A stretch of 64,000 nucleotides of DNA from an uncultured Lachnospiraceae bacterium (GCA_946544235.1 CAMNMC010000077.1:1239-65238), one strand, 5' to 3'. Shown: positions 30,301-40,210, numbered from the stretch's first letter. The notes: generated by a model from the sequence alone, not told the origin. Numbers and translations: made by a program.

Positions 30301-32341
30301 AAACTATATTTCAAAATTCGCTTCAGGCGGACGAAATGCAAACATCTGGAACGGACCGTCAACGATCACTACAGAAGAAAACTTTTCAGTATTTAACTTC
30401 CAGTCACTGCTGGCTAACAGGAACACCCTTATAGCCAATGCGCAGATGCTTCTGGTACTTAAATATATTGATAATGAGATCATCAAGAACAGGGACTACA
30501 ATACGAAATACGGCTTAAAGCGTAAGATCGTAGTAGTAATCGACGAGGCTCACGTCTTCATCGATACCAAGTTCCCTGTAGCTCTCGATTTCATGTTCCA
30601 GCTGGCTAAGCGTATCCGTAAGTATAACGGTATGCAGATTGTTATCACGCAGAATATCAAGGACTTCGTAGGAAGTGAAGAGATCGCAAGAAAGTCAACT
30701 GCGATCATCAATGCGTGTCAGTACAGCTTCGTCTTCGGCCTTGCTCCGAATGATATGGATGACCTCTGCAAGCTCTATGAGAAGGCAGGCGGAATCAATG
30801 AGCAGGAGCAGGAGGATATTATCGGAGCTAAGCGTGGTCAGGCATTTACCATCATGAGCCCAACCTCAAGATCATCCTTCATGATCGAGGTTCCGGATTC
30901 CATGGTAGATATGTTTGAAAACCGCAACTTTGTAAGTAATTATTTCTCAGGTGCAGACGGCGAGGAATACTGGGAGGATTTCGTTGCAGAAAGCAGAGCG
31001 ATCCACGATGCAAATCTTTCCGCCAGACGTCTCATCGAGAAGCAGAAGGTTGATCATAAGGCAAACAGGAAGCACGATACAGGTTCAGGGATCAATTTTG
31101 TTGATTATCTCAATGAACATGATACGCCTTCTGTTGGCGGTATCAGCATCGAGGAAGTAAGTGCCGAGGAATTTGATGCATCTTCTTCAAGTATTAATTT
31201 TGAAGAGGTTGTTGAAGAACCGAAGCCTTCAGCTGTTGAGAGATACATGGATGCCGAGGAAGTTGTTAACCGTAAGGAATACGAGATGGCAGTCGGCAGA
31301 GTCGGCGGCATAAGCTTCCAGGAAATCTCGGCAGAAGAAGCTGACCAGCTTACTGCTGATGATTATGAGGAACCTGCCCGCAATACATCTGATTACGATG
31401 CTAATGGCGCTTACATCTTCACTGAGGATGACTTTGCACCTTCAAGTGTCGAGGAGAAAGCTCCTGAGCAGCCTGTGCGCAGAACTGCTGCAGCGGCATA
31501 TGAATCTCCGGTACGTACAGTCGCATCATCGGCAGCAGGTGCTGACCATATGGCTGTATCCAAGAATTATATTGATGAAACCCTTGAGCAGTTCAAGGAA
31601 ACTCTCCGTCAGGATATGGAGCGAGAGCTTGCCGAGAAGATCAAATGGATCACTCTGGGAGCAGGTCTTGCTACAGGAAACGCAAACTTTATGGCGGCTG
31701 CAGGCGGAGGAGCATCGGCAGGCAGTACTGTTACGAGCAGCGCAGTTTCAGGCGGCATGACTGCAGGAGGAAATATGGTTACCATGACTCGTGGTACAGC
31801 GGCTTCATCGGATCTTGATGAAATTGATGAAGAGGAAAGCCTCGGTACAGGTCTTTCAGAAGAAATCGATGACTTCTCGCTTGGTGAAGAAGATGAAGAC
31901 TATGGCTTCGATGAGGAAGAAGAGGAAGACTTCGAGACTGATGAAAGCGATTCTCTCGGATTTGGCGATGAAGAAGCTGAAGATGAAGAAGATGAGGAAG
32001 ACTTCTCATTTGATGAGGAAGACGAAGAGGATGAAGAGGACAGCTTCTCATTTGATGAAGATGAGGAGGATTCTGAGGATGAAGATTCTGAAGATGAAGA
32101 GGATGAATTCTCATTTGATGAAGATGAGGATGATGACGATGATCTTTACTCTGATGATGAATCCGAAGAATATGAACCTGCTCCGTTCCTTTTCTCAGAA
32201 CTTCTTGCAGAAGCAGCGGAGGAATATGCTGATATGGATATAGAAGAGAGAATGGAAGAGATGGGCGAGGAAGTTATGGAGATAACACTCGAAGATCTTG
32301 TTGCATACATCAAGAAGCAGAGAAAGAAGAAAAATGCCTGA
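27395..32341 (+). CDS. virB4: PrgI/VirB3-VirB4 fusion ATPase with acidic insertions
   Basis: PrgI-like N-terminus 'MRLIPGKTKVKIEVFRKVTLSD' plus 2 TM; Walker A 'GKSGSGKS', 'LDPENEY', 'INVG...LNPF', Walker B 'VVIDEAH', 'RIRKYNG...ITQN'. Confidence 0.92.
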   Translation: MRLIPGKTKVKIEVFRKVTLSDVIVGLIGLIAVTLCVVSSLPGRWIIAMFVLALFALMLFRIDDDPMYVFVWHMLRYKAYPRRFSRVFNDELLLKGRDFAVDMVFNEEGEKPIKSNEESVHKTPPELAALIGGEEDDAAFYATLEAEKKAREAEEYGYGEDRFENAAEGAEDSAFAETDAAYDESETAGYEAAYDESYEVAVDSVYQEDTGIAETSENMEDGTADAVSETSEETEETSKSKKKSKKDKKKDKKNKSVDKAADKTAETKTAETKAAAAGSAPAATGLSESALKKTAIGPLLESMGAAKEAYLKASTEAEKKKALKKLITEENKILGAKKATEEEKNLVWLSRAERTAERKKAKAQKKDETASHTDMSELMPFTGISGNFIEYNGRYFGSVIEIDPIEFRFFSKHRRNNSIETCFGKVLRGFHGDYGANIVKIQRPIIYDEYLEAEYGKLSELKKSFESGLLNEEEYQARVEIQFDRINEVRSLCTDDMVIEAFYYLVMFDSDKRRLDTAVKQAVLTLEQGELTVRRLDAKGLALFLKYTNTLDFNEKDIDHIDESNYATWAMPESVKFSMRRTQINNIITHNMRVINYPTVVGDAWLAGVMSFPGTKVVVKITPMDKAKAIRAIDRSLAELRGQYMQTSLDSKSIELQEHIDTLSSLLVTLKQDNESILSVSIYITAYDAIASNDSKLIPDDFVTNLPAVTDMKKTVRRTWMEAGMRVSGMDFMQLQGFIGGQISAYDPLMKDARGIPSNTIAGMYPWVFAHISDKGGIKLGSSDGVPVFINFFRRDSERVNSNMVIVGKSGSGKSYATKSLLSNLASEDAKIFILDPENEYSELAHTLHGKMINVGNATQGRLNPFHIITALDDDESEGSGTGGSFATHLQFLEEFFRQILPDIDRDALEYLNSLIERLYLNFSITPETDLSVLTADDYPIFDDLYDIVLSEFERTNNEYLRQLLRSLVNYISKFASGGRNANIWNGPSTITTEENFSVFNFQSLLANRNTLIANAQMLLVLKYIDNEIIKNRDYNTKYGLKRKIVVVIDEAHVFIDTKFPVALDFMFQLAKRIRKYNGMQIVITQNIKDFVGSEEIARKSTAIINACQYSFVFGLAPNDMDDLCKLYEKAGGINEQEQEDIIGAKRGQAFTIMSPTSRSSFMIEVPDSMVDMFENRNFVSNYFSGADGEEYWEDFVAESRAIHDANLSARRLIEKQKVDHKANRKHDTGSGINFVDYLNEHDTPSVGGISIEEVSAEEFDASSSSINFEEVVEEPKPSAVERYMDAEEVVNRKEYEMAVGRVGGISFQEISAEEADQLTADDYEEPARNTSDYDANGAYIFTEDDFAPSSVEEKAPEQPVRRTAAAAYESPVRTVASSAAGADHMAVSKNYIDETLEQFKETLRQDMERELAEKIKWITLGAGLATGNANFMAAAGGGASAGSTVTSSAVSGGMTAGGNMVTMTRGTAASSDLDEIDEEESLGTGLSEEIDDFSLGEEDEDYGFDEEEEEDFETDESDSLGFGDEEAEDEEDEEDFSFDEEDEEDEEDSFSFDEDEEDSEDEDSEDEEDEFSFDEDEDDDDDLYSDDESEEYEPAPFLFSELLAEAAEEYADMDIEERMEEMGEEVMEITLEDLVAYIKKQRKKKNA

Positions 32342-32398
32342 TCATAAAGAGAAAAGGCTGAACACTTATTATGATTGATACACAGGAGGATAACACAA

Positions 32399-32698
32399 AT
32401 GGATATAAAGCTTGTTAACAGAGGTGATACGGGCGAGCTCCTTATGTCAGGAGATCTTGATACAAAAACGGCAAGGGACGCAGATATGATTTTTTCGCAG
32501 ATGGCTGACAGATTTAAAAATCTGACCCTGAATATGAAGGATCTTGAATACATATCCAGCTCCGGACTCCGAAGCATCCGTAATCTGTATATCAAGGTTA
32601 ATCAGAATGGCGGAAAGCTTGTTCTCACAAATGTTAATGAAAACGTTATGGAAGTTTTTGAAATGACAGGACTTGCAGGACTTCTTAACATCAGATAG
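32399..32698 (+). CDS. STAS-domain anti-sigma-factor antagonist
   Basis: 'GDLDT', phospho-Ser motif 'YISSSGLR', 'VMEVFEMTG'. AGGAGG SD. Confidence 0.9.
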   Translation: MDIKLVNRGDTGELLMSGDLDTKTARDADMIFSQMADRFKNLTLNMKDLEYISSSGLRSIRNLYIKVNQNGGKLVLTNVNENVMEVFEMTGLAGLLNIR

Positions 32699-32723
32699 TT
32701 TACAATTAAAAATCTTTTTTACT

Positions 32724-32757
32724 TGTTGCGCTTTCGTTGCACCTGTCATGGTATGAT
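32724..32757 (+). promoter_or_regulatory. Direct-repeat site plus extended -10 upstream of the 1881-aa gene
   Basis: TGTTGCGCT-TT-CGTTGCACC-TGTCATGG-TATGAT; the first 11 bp are identical to the 20814 site, with the same spacing to the -10. Confidence 0.6.
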
Positions 32758-32898
32758 GAAAGCGTAATGAGGGCATGACAGGTTATGCTCACATTAATAA
32801 CGGTTGTTTTGATAAGTTAGAACGATCGATAGGATGGGTGAGATATTATGGACAAAAGAAAAGTTACAGAGAGAATCATGAAGAAACAGTAAAGAGGG

Positions 32899-35800
32899 AT
32901 GACTATGATAAAGAGAGGATTTATAAAAAGAATAGCGGCCGTTACGGCACTCTCGTTTATTCTTACCGAGTTGCCTGTCTTTCCTGCGTCCGGTGTATAT
33001 GCCGCGGAGGAGAAGAAGGTGGTGGAGGGAGAGTCGTCATATCTGTCTTATGATCAGTATGATGAGTATGGTCTGAACTTTGACTACAACTATTCGGTTG
33101 AAAGTGGTGCTGCTGGATCAGAGAATAAACCGACGGTAATAAATACCGAATCGGGTGGGAAAACAACCGAGAGTACAACGGAGAGTACGACAGAGAAGAC
33201 AACAGAAAAAACCAACGCAAACGGAGATGTTATACTTGATGATCCTACGGAGGTAGAAAAATACGTTATAACACCGGATGCAGCTGATGACGAAAGCTAC
33301 ATGGACAATGGTGCGATCACAGCCTGGAAAGAAAGAAGTACTGTTAAGGCTCCTGAGAATACCTACTGTATGCATATCGGAACCGGCGCTTCAGCAGGTG
33401 ATACGATACTCTATTTTGAGATCGAATATACCGATATGAATAATCAATCGAGAACACAGTTTGTATTTCCGGCTATAGATGCACAGGAAAGAAGTGATGC
33501 TCTTCTTTCGTATGGAGCTAACGGCAAGGACCTTAGTGAAACCTATGGATCAAAGCAGCTTGGACAGTTTAATTACGGTGAGACAGCTAAGGATGAAAAG
33601 CCGCTTGGTGACTGGACAGTTCAGGATTATGCATTCCAGACCGAGGCAGAGATTCAGAGCGTTAACGGCTTAAAGTTTTATCTTGCTCAGGGAAGCTGGA
33701 CCATTCAGGGACTTGAGATTTATAAGGTTGACGAATATAAGGGATACGAAGAATACGGACTGGTTTCCGGAAAGACATTCCTTGATTTCAAAGGAACCAA
33801 GATCGCTGCTGTTGTCAAGACCAATTCCGGAACACTGACTTACTCGACATCCGGCGCTGATGCAGTTGTTGAGATAGGTGAGGATGAGAGCGTAAATGAT
33901 TATGCAATAATCGAAAACTATAATGAATACGACGAAGGTGTTGAAAAGAAATATGCTGTAGAAAACAGCGTATTAAGCTTTAGAATGGATTTTGTGGATC
34001 AGATCAATGCAGGTCTCGAAACATTTATCAATCCGGATGCTGTAACCAATGACGTATTTAAAAAGAATATAGTTGAAGATATAGTTATAGAATTCCAATA
34101 TAAGGATAAGAGCGGATGGACCAGAAAGGTTGCGCTTCCGGTTATTCTGAGCAGTTATTCTGCACTTTTGGAGAAAGAAAATGACGGAGTACTTATAGGT
34201 TATGGACAGCGTGGTGATACGCTGGCGTTCTCCGGACTCTATCCTGAGATTGATTACATTACCGGAAACGTCACTATATATGTCGGCAAGTCGGCAAGAG
34301 ACCTGCTGAACAAGAATGGTATAAGCACGAAGACGACCACTTCCCAGATGAAGAATTCGCTTACTGCTATCGATTCAGATGATATACAGGTTGCAGGAAT
34401 ATCCTTCTCAAGAGGCGGATGTATGCCGTATATCCAGGATGGTATAGACAATAAGGGCAATAAAGTTAAGGGAGCAACCCTCAGCTATGCTTTCCAGAAT
34501 GCTCCATATACTTATTTCACGACTACTGATGAAAGAGGACGTGAGATCAAGCAGGGCGGAAGAGAGAGCTTTAAGCTTTCACAATATAAGGATGGAGCAC
34601 CGCTTGTGGCATCACAATCGGTTAAGAATAAATTCCTTGTAACCGTAACGACAAGTAATGTAAAGAAAACCGGTACCAAGGATGATGTCACGATGAGGTT
34701 TAAATATCAGACTCGTGCAGGACAGCAGAGCAAGACATCTCTTTACAATGTTAAAACATCAGCTGTTGATTTCCTCGGAACATGGCCGTCAACCAGCGGT
34801 ACTGACTTCATCAGATCAATAGCACTTACTGAGGGAAGTACGGTAGAATTCCTTATAGATGCGATAAATCTGAAACAGTTTATATCAGCAGATATTAATC
34901 TTTCCGGTTCGGATGAGTGGCAGCTGAATAATCTTACGATTGATTACGTTGAGAAGTATCAGAAGAGAAGAGCATATCTTGTAGACAGCGAATCAAATGG
35001 TGTCAAGACCCATTATTGGATTGACAGATCTATGGTTTCGGCGCAGATCTTCAATATGAACGGTTCTGCCATAACAGTTGTTGATAAAGACGGAAACCTT
35101 GTCAGAAAAGACGGAAGCAAGATTGAAGACGGAAAGAAGCCTCTTTATGATAAGGATGGTAAAGCGGTTACAGATAAGGATGGTAATCCGGTATATGTTG
35201 ATACAGATGAAGTTATAGAAGGAAGAGCTGTCGGAGATTCACAGTTCTTCGGCGGAAAAACAAGATATACCTTTAATTTCACCGATGGTGATATAGAAAA
35301 GGTTGAGAAGATAGATTATATCGATGTACGTTACACAATGACCTATGAACAGACAGCGATTGACTGGGGCTTCTTCGAGAAGGAAAAGGTCTATGATGTA
35401 TCGGTTAAGGTTGCTGATGATCCTGATTATGATAACGGCGACGGAGACTCGGGTTCAAAGAACTATTTCTATTTCCAGCTTCTCTTTGAGAACGGATATA
35501 AGAGTGCTTACGTTCTTGCAAACCAGCAGCTCACATCTGATGGTTTCAGATCAGGTAAGACAGAGACCTTCTCAATCGCGACAAACCGTAATTACGGTAA
35601 GGTTACCGCAATACGTATAATTCCTGAAGACCTTTCAGAGGATTCGGATGTATTTGATAAGCTGAATATTGAGAAGATAATGATCACCGAGGCAACCAAC
35701 GGCGGAGCTTATATGAGCTATGTGATCAATGACATCGGATGGATCGAGATTGACTATCGTGATGAGATGGAATCAGTTGTTCCGGGCGGACAGAAGGCCA

Positions 35801-38544
35801 GAACAGCAGAAGAGATCGCCCGCAGATACCCTGTAACAGACAGGCAGAAGTCAGTCAGACTCCTCTGTGAGATGGTAACACTTCCTTGGGATAATGATTA
35901 TCTCCAGTTCCAGGGCTCTGTACTTGCTGAGGTAACTTACGTAGATTCAAGTACGAACAAGATTCAGACCGCAACCTTTGATGTGGTTCAGTATATAGCC
36001 GCTTATATGAATAAATCGGCTAAATCAGTCGAAACCTCAACCGATCCGAATTCACAGCTTGTTAAGGCCGCAGGTCTAAATACCATATCGGATCCTGAAT
36101 GGATGTTCAGACCGAACCATACAGACAGATTTATCATGCCTGCCATTGCAGATCTCGGATCGATCAAGAGCATACAGTTTACGGCTCAGACACGAAACGG
36201 ATATCCGGCAATCTGGAATATAGGGCAGATAACGATATCACAGATAATAGAAGACAGCGGATCTCTTCAGCTTACCACCAATGAAGAGTATTACAGAGAT
36301 ATTGAAACTCAGGAACTCTGTATCAGTACCAACAGCAAGGTTGTTTCAACAACTCTTCCGATAGGTAAGGCTCAGAGAACACCTAAGATCAATTTTACGG
36401 ATAACCAGATCGTCTGGGTATCAGATGAGTGGGCAACACCTGTATCGAGAATACCAAGTGCATCAGATGATACAGTAAATATTTACGTTTTTCCATCAGC
36501 AGATTCAAGGAGAATTGAAGGAGTAAGTGTAAATGTTACCTATCAGTATGGTATTCCATTTTCTAAATATATGCAGGTAAGCTATAACGGAATGTATACT
36601 GCAAACAGCGGTACCAAGGATGCAGTATTTTACGTAAAGGGCCTGAATGCCGGTGATTTTGTCAACTCCGGTAAGCTGACCCTGCAAAGTACCAATACAA
36701 GCGTATCCTTTGATTACGCAATCGTCCAACATATGAGGGGTGATGTGGTCATCGGTACATATGAATATGAATTCCTGAATTCGTCAGCGGTTCTCGGTAT
36801 TGTGGCAACACCATCGAAAGCCAATCTGAATAGTAAGAAGACGGCAGAGAAGCTTGTGCTTCAGTTTGGTAAAGATACCGAAAAGCAGGAACTTATACCG
36901 GAGCAGAACGATATAGCAGTCTGTGTTCATTACACATCACTGCTGGATCCTACCGGAACAGAGTACAGCACGCCATACATATATATGACGGATCAGGGCT
37001 ATTCAAGTATCTCCGAAGGTCTCTGTGCAGAAATAGATTTCAATGAGGACTTCGTTGATATAGTTACCGGCTACAGTATAGCAGCATATGGTAACCTTAA
37101 GGGAAATATCATAGCATCGGCGGTATATGCCTACGATGTGATTGAGACCAGTACAAGCGTTGTTACATTTGAAGAGTATCCGACAGAAAAGGTATTTAAG
37201 TGCTACGCACCAGTGGTAGATGAGAGCAGGAGCTTTAAACTTACAGATACTCTGACCAAGAGAAGATCTAAGAACAGAGAGTACTACGGACCTAACAGTT
37301 CTACACCTGTTGAGATAAATATTTCAACGCTTGAAGGACCAAAACAGAATAAGAAGGGACAGATCGCCAAGATCAAAGCAACCTTCCATTATATTGATTA
37401 CAAAGAAACTGATGTAGAGAAAACCTATGATGATATCACTCAGTATATTATTGCTGATGATGACGGAAAGGAAGCATCAACCGTTGCGGAAAGCAGGGAA
37501 GACAGACTGAACAGGATCAAGACCAAACAGTTTGTATCTGGCAAGACACAGACGGTTAAGGTTTTCCTTGAAGATATGGGAAGTACCTTCGATCTGATAT
37601 CTGTTGACATACTTCCATACTATGAGGAACTGAAGACAGACAAGGATATCATGGAGGTTGTTGAGGATGCTGCCAAGGAAAAGGATGCAGCGGATACGGC
37701 AACTGCTCAGGATGCCAAGATCGAGGATCCGGATAATCCTAGCGCTGAGACTATCCTTGAAGATACACTTGCAAATGCAGATGTAAGCTGGACGATAGAT
37801 CATGTTATTACTTATCTGGCTGATAATACTACAGATAAGATCCCACCGGAAAGAACAGCTGTTCAGAAGTTCTCAGGACTCAATCAGGGCGGAACTCTTA
37901 AGTTTGACAGCTCCGCACTTATGACATCAATAGCCCAGAATGGTAAGGGCGACAGAACGATCGCAGGTGATCCGATTTACTTCCTTGCCAAGAAGGGAGA
38001 CCAGTTTACAGGAAAAGCTGTAGTTACCGGATCAAAAGATGGATTTACGGTTCACGCCTACAGAATGGTTGGAGAGGCAAAGGATGATATCTCTGAAGGC
38101 AGCGTTACGGTAGATCAGAATACATCAAGGTTCTGGTTCATCGTACCGGAGAGTAAGGATCCATACAGCGATACCGTATATCGCCTTGAAATATCACCTG
38201 TTGATTCTCCTGAGATCGTGGATACAGTAATCATCACGGTTGAGAGAACCAAGACAGAGGCAGATAAGACTACAGAAAAAACTACAGAAACATCAACGGA
38301 TAAGACATCCGAAACCAGTACCGAACAGAGTACTGATAATACTACCGAGAAAACTACTGATAAAACCACGGAGAGTACATCAGAGTCAACAACAGAAAGT
38401 ACAACAGAGAGTACCACAGAGGGTACAACCGAAGGTACAACAGAGTCAACATCTGAATCGACAACGGAGAATACCACCGAGGATGATCAGAGTACGGAGA
38501 ATACCGAGGATTTCCCTTATGCTCCGCCGGTAGAAACAAACTAA
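32899..38544 (+). CDS. Large secreted protein with several PLAT/LH2-like beta-sandwich repeats and Thr/Glu-rich linkers
   Basis: Signal peptide ending 'GVYA'; PLAT-like patterns 'VTVTTSNVKKTGTKDDVTM', 'GFRSGKTETFSI..NYGKVTAIRI', 'FRPNHTDRFIM..DLGSIKSIQF...WNIGQITI'; TTES repeats at both ends. Confidence 0.7.
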   Translation: MTMIKRGFIKRIAAVTALSFILTELPVFPASGVYAAEEKKVVEGESSYLSYDQYDEYGLNFDYNYSVESGAAGSENKPTVINTESGGKTTESTTESTTEKTTEKTNANGDVILDDPTEVEKYVITPDAADDESYMDNGAITAWKERSTVKAPENTYCMHIGTGASAGDTILYFEIEYTDMNNQSRTQFVFPAIDAQERSDALLSYGANGKDLSETYGSKQLGQFNYGETAKDEKPLGDWTVQDYAFQTEAEIQSVNGLKFYLAQGSWTIQGLEIYKVDEYKGYEEYGLVSGKTFLDFKGTKIAAVVKTNSGTLTYSTSGADAVVEIGEDESVNDYAIIENYNEYDEGVEKKYAVENSVLSFRMDFVDQINAGLETFINPDAVTNDVFKKNIVEDIVIEFQYKDKSGWTRKVALPVILSSYSALLEKENDGVLIGYGQRGDTLAFSGLYPEIDYITGNVTIYVGKSARDLLNKNGISTKTTTSQMKNSLTAIDSDDIQVAGISFSRGGCMPYIQDGIDNKGNKVKGATLSYAFQNAPYTYFTTTDERGREIKQGGRESFKLSQYKDGAPLVASQSVKNKFLVTVTTSNVKKTGTKDDVTMRFKYQTRAGQQSKTSLYNVKTSAVDFLGTWPSTSGTDFIRSIALTEGSTVEFLIDAINLKQFISADINLSGSDEWQLNNLTIDYVEKYQKRRAYLVDSESNGVKTHYWIDRSMVSAQIFNMNGSAITVVDKDGNLVRKDGSKIEDGKKPLYDKDGKAVTDKDGNPVYVDTDEVIEGRAVGDSQFFGGKTRYTFNFTDGDIEKVEKIDYIDVRYTMTYEQTAIDWGFFEKEKVYDVSVKVADDPDYDNGDGDSGSKNYFYFQLLFENGYKSAYVLANQQLTSDGFRSGKTETFSIATNRNYGKVTAIRIIPEDLSEDSDVFDKLNIEKIMITEATNGGAYMSYVINDIGWIEIDYRDEMESVVPGGQKARTAEEIARRYPVTDRQKSVRLLCEMVTLPWDNDYLQFQGSVLAEVTYVDSSTNKIQTATFDVVQYIAAYMNKSAKSVETSTDPNSQLVKAAGLNTISDPEWMFRPNHTDRFIMPAIADLGSIKSIQFTAQTRNGYPAIWNIGQITISQIIEDSGSLQLTTNEEYYRDIETQELCISTNSKVVSTTLPIGKAQRTPKINFTDNQIVWVSDEWATPVSRIPSASDDTVNIYVFPSADSRRIEGVSVNVTYQYGIPFSKYMQVSYNGMYTANSGTKDAVFYVKGLNAGDFVNSGKLTLQSTNTSVSFDYAIVQHMRGDVVIGTYEYEFLNSSAVLGIVATPSKANLNSKKTAEKLVLQFGKDTEKQELIPEQNDIAVCVHYTSLLDPTGTEYSTPYIYMTDQGYSSISEGLCAEIDFNEDFVDIVTGYSIAAYGNLKGNIIASAVYAYDVIETSTSVVTFEEYPTEKVFKCYAPVVDESRSFKLTDTLTKRRSKNREYYGPNSSTPVEINISTLEGPKQNKKGQIAKIKATFHYIDYKETDVEKTYDDITQYIIADDDGKEASTVAESREDRLNRIKTKQFVSGKTQTVKVFLEDMGSTFDLISVDILPYYEELKTDKDIMEVVEDAAKEKDAADTATAQDAKIEDPDNPSAETILEDTLANADVSWTIDHVITYLADNTTDKIPPERTAVQKFSGLNQGGTLKFDSSALMTSIAQNGKGDRTIAGDPIYFLAKKGDQFTGKAVVTGSKDGFTVHAYRMVGEAKDDISEGSVTVDQNTSRFWFIVPESKDPYSDTVYRLEISPVDSPEIVDTVIITVERTKTEADKTTEKTTETSTDKTSETSTEQSTDNTTEKTTDKTTESTSESTTESTTESTTEGTTEGTTESTSESTTENTTEDDQSTENTEDFPYAPPVETN

Positions 38545-38556
38545 AGAGGTTATGAC

Positions 38557-39435
38557 ATGAATAAGAAAAAAGTGATCATAATTGTTATATCCATAATAGT
38601 CCTCTTACTTGCAGCATGCCTTATCTTCTTCCTCTCCAAGGGGAAGAAGAAAGGCGTCAGCAAGAAAATCAGTCTATTTGAGGAATCAGACTATCCTTGC
38701 GAATACAAGACAGTTCAGGATGGTGTGGAACTGACACTTGACGGAAGCAAAACTCCTGATCTCTCATGGGAATATGAGATTTCAAATTCGTATGCTGTCA
38801 ATGTTGAACTGAAAGGTGAAGAGAAAAACGGCAAAGCTACGTTCAAGATCACCGGCAAGGGTGGCGGATCAACTAATGTGATATTTAAGAGAGTATATCA
38901 GCTTGCGGGAAAAAGCTATGATGCGGCAAAGGTTGATCTTGAAGTTTTTGCACTCAGTAATGACAAGGATGGCTATGATATAAACGTTTCGGAACTGGCT
39001 TCCATGACATCATCAAGCATGACTTCCTTTGCAACAGATACAGATTATCCGTTCATGATCAAGGCAGATGATAACGGATCAACCTCGATTGTATTTCCTA
39101 ATGGATCGTATGACTGGATGTATTATGATCCGTCAGGTAATACCGGATATAATATTTCCTACAATATTTCCGAGGGATCTGAAATCTACAGAATATGCAG
39201 TCTGATCGTGTATGATACGGAAACGGATGATACAACAGAAGCAACTGAGAGCAGCAGAACAGAGGAATCCAGCAGCGAGGAGATGAGTGAGCTTACCACA
39301 GAAGCGATGGAGCTTCCGGAAAACATGGCAGTTCTGGTAAGCAACAAACTTGGAATCACGGCATATCTTAAGTATGAGATCAGTGACAGTGGTGTAGTAA
39401 CCATCACACTTACTGATAAGCCAAAGGATAAATAA
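38557..39435 (+). CDS. Membrane-anchored extracellular protein
   Basis: 'MNKKKVIIIVISIIVLLLAACLIFFL' anchor followed by a beta-rich domain. Confidence 0.75.
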   Translation: MNKKKVIIIVISIIVLLLAACLIFFLSKGKKKGVSKKISLFEESDYPCEYKTVQDGVELTLDGSKTPDLSWEYEISNSYAVNVELKGEEKNGKATFKITGKGGGSTNVIFKRVYQLAGKSYDAAKVDLEVFALSNDKDGYDINVSELASMTSSSMTSFATDTDYPFMIKADDNGSTSIVFPNGSYDWMYYDPSGNTGYNISYNISEGSEIYRICSLIVYDTETDDTTEATESSRTEESSSEEMSELTTEAMELPENMAVLVSNKLGITAYLKYEISDSGVVTITLTDKPKDK

Positions 39436-39454
39436 GCATACGAGGTGAACTAAG

Positions 39455-40210
39455 TTGATTTCGAAAAAACTCAGAAGAAATCCGGTTCTCTTAGAAGCAA
39501 GACACTTTTTACTCAATCAGGTCGAGATGGCTGACAACGGTCATCTCGTTGCCTTGAAAGAGTGGAAAATGCAGAGCTGGGGGACCGCTGACGGTGCCCA
39601 GAAGGTCAGAACTCTGGGAATTAAATCTAAAAATTATTATTATGATCCTGTCCATATCAACAATACCAAAGCGGTTTATGAAGCAGGCAAGATCATGAAC
39701 AGCATAGGTCGCATGGTCGATTTTGAAACAAAGAAGGATTCTGTCGCAAGCCTTGTTAAGCTTTATATCTTCTATCCGACAGTTCTTCTTTTTTTTGAAA
39801 ATGAAGATAAGGAGCTTCAGCTTACTATCTTTACTCCGAGGAGTATAACCGGCGGACTTGCGGTTTACTTCTCTAGAAGAAAGTTTGAGAAGGAGATGGA
39901 AGAACTTATCGAAAGAAACCTCGTCAAGAAGGAGAAGGCAAAAAAAGAAGAGGACGAGGAAGACGAAGACGATGAGATCGATCCTGATGGTCTTAAAATA
40001 GCCGAAGACAGTGGAAATAACAAGAAGAAAGGCTTACTTGGATTAAAAAAGAAGTCTGTTGTTTATGTTCCATATGACTTTGATGCTGATGATATAGGCA
40101 GTGCATCTGATAATGAAGATGACGATGAATCGAATCTGTCCGAGGATGAAGAAGAATACTGGGACGGAAGAAACTGGGTTATCCGGAAGAAAGATGATTT
40201 TGACGATTAG
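39455..40210 (+). CDS. Hypothetical protein with acidic C-terminus
   Basis: GAGGTG SD with TTG start; co-directional and tightly packed in the operon. Confidence 0.7.
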   Translation: MISKKLRRNPVLLEARHFLLNQVEMADNGHLVALKEWKMQSWGTADGAQKVRTLGIKSKNYYYDPVHINNTKAVYEAGKIMNSIGRMVDFETKKDSVASLVKLYIFYPTVLLFFENEDKELQLTIFTPRSITGGLAVYFSRRKFEKEMEELIERNLVKKEKAKKEEDEEDEDDEIDPDGLKIAEDSGNNKKKGLLGLKKKSVVYVPYDFDADDIGSASDNEDDDESNLSEDEEEYWDGRNWVIRKKDDFDD

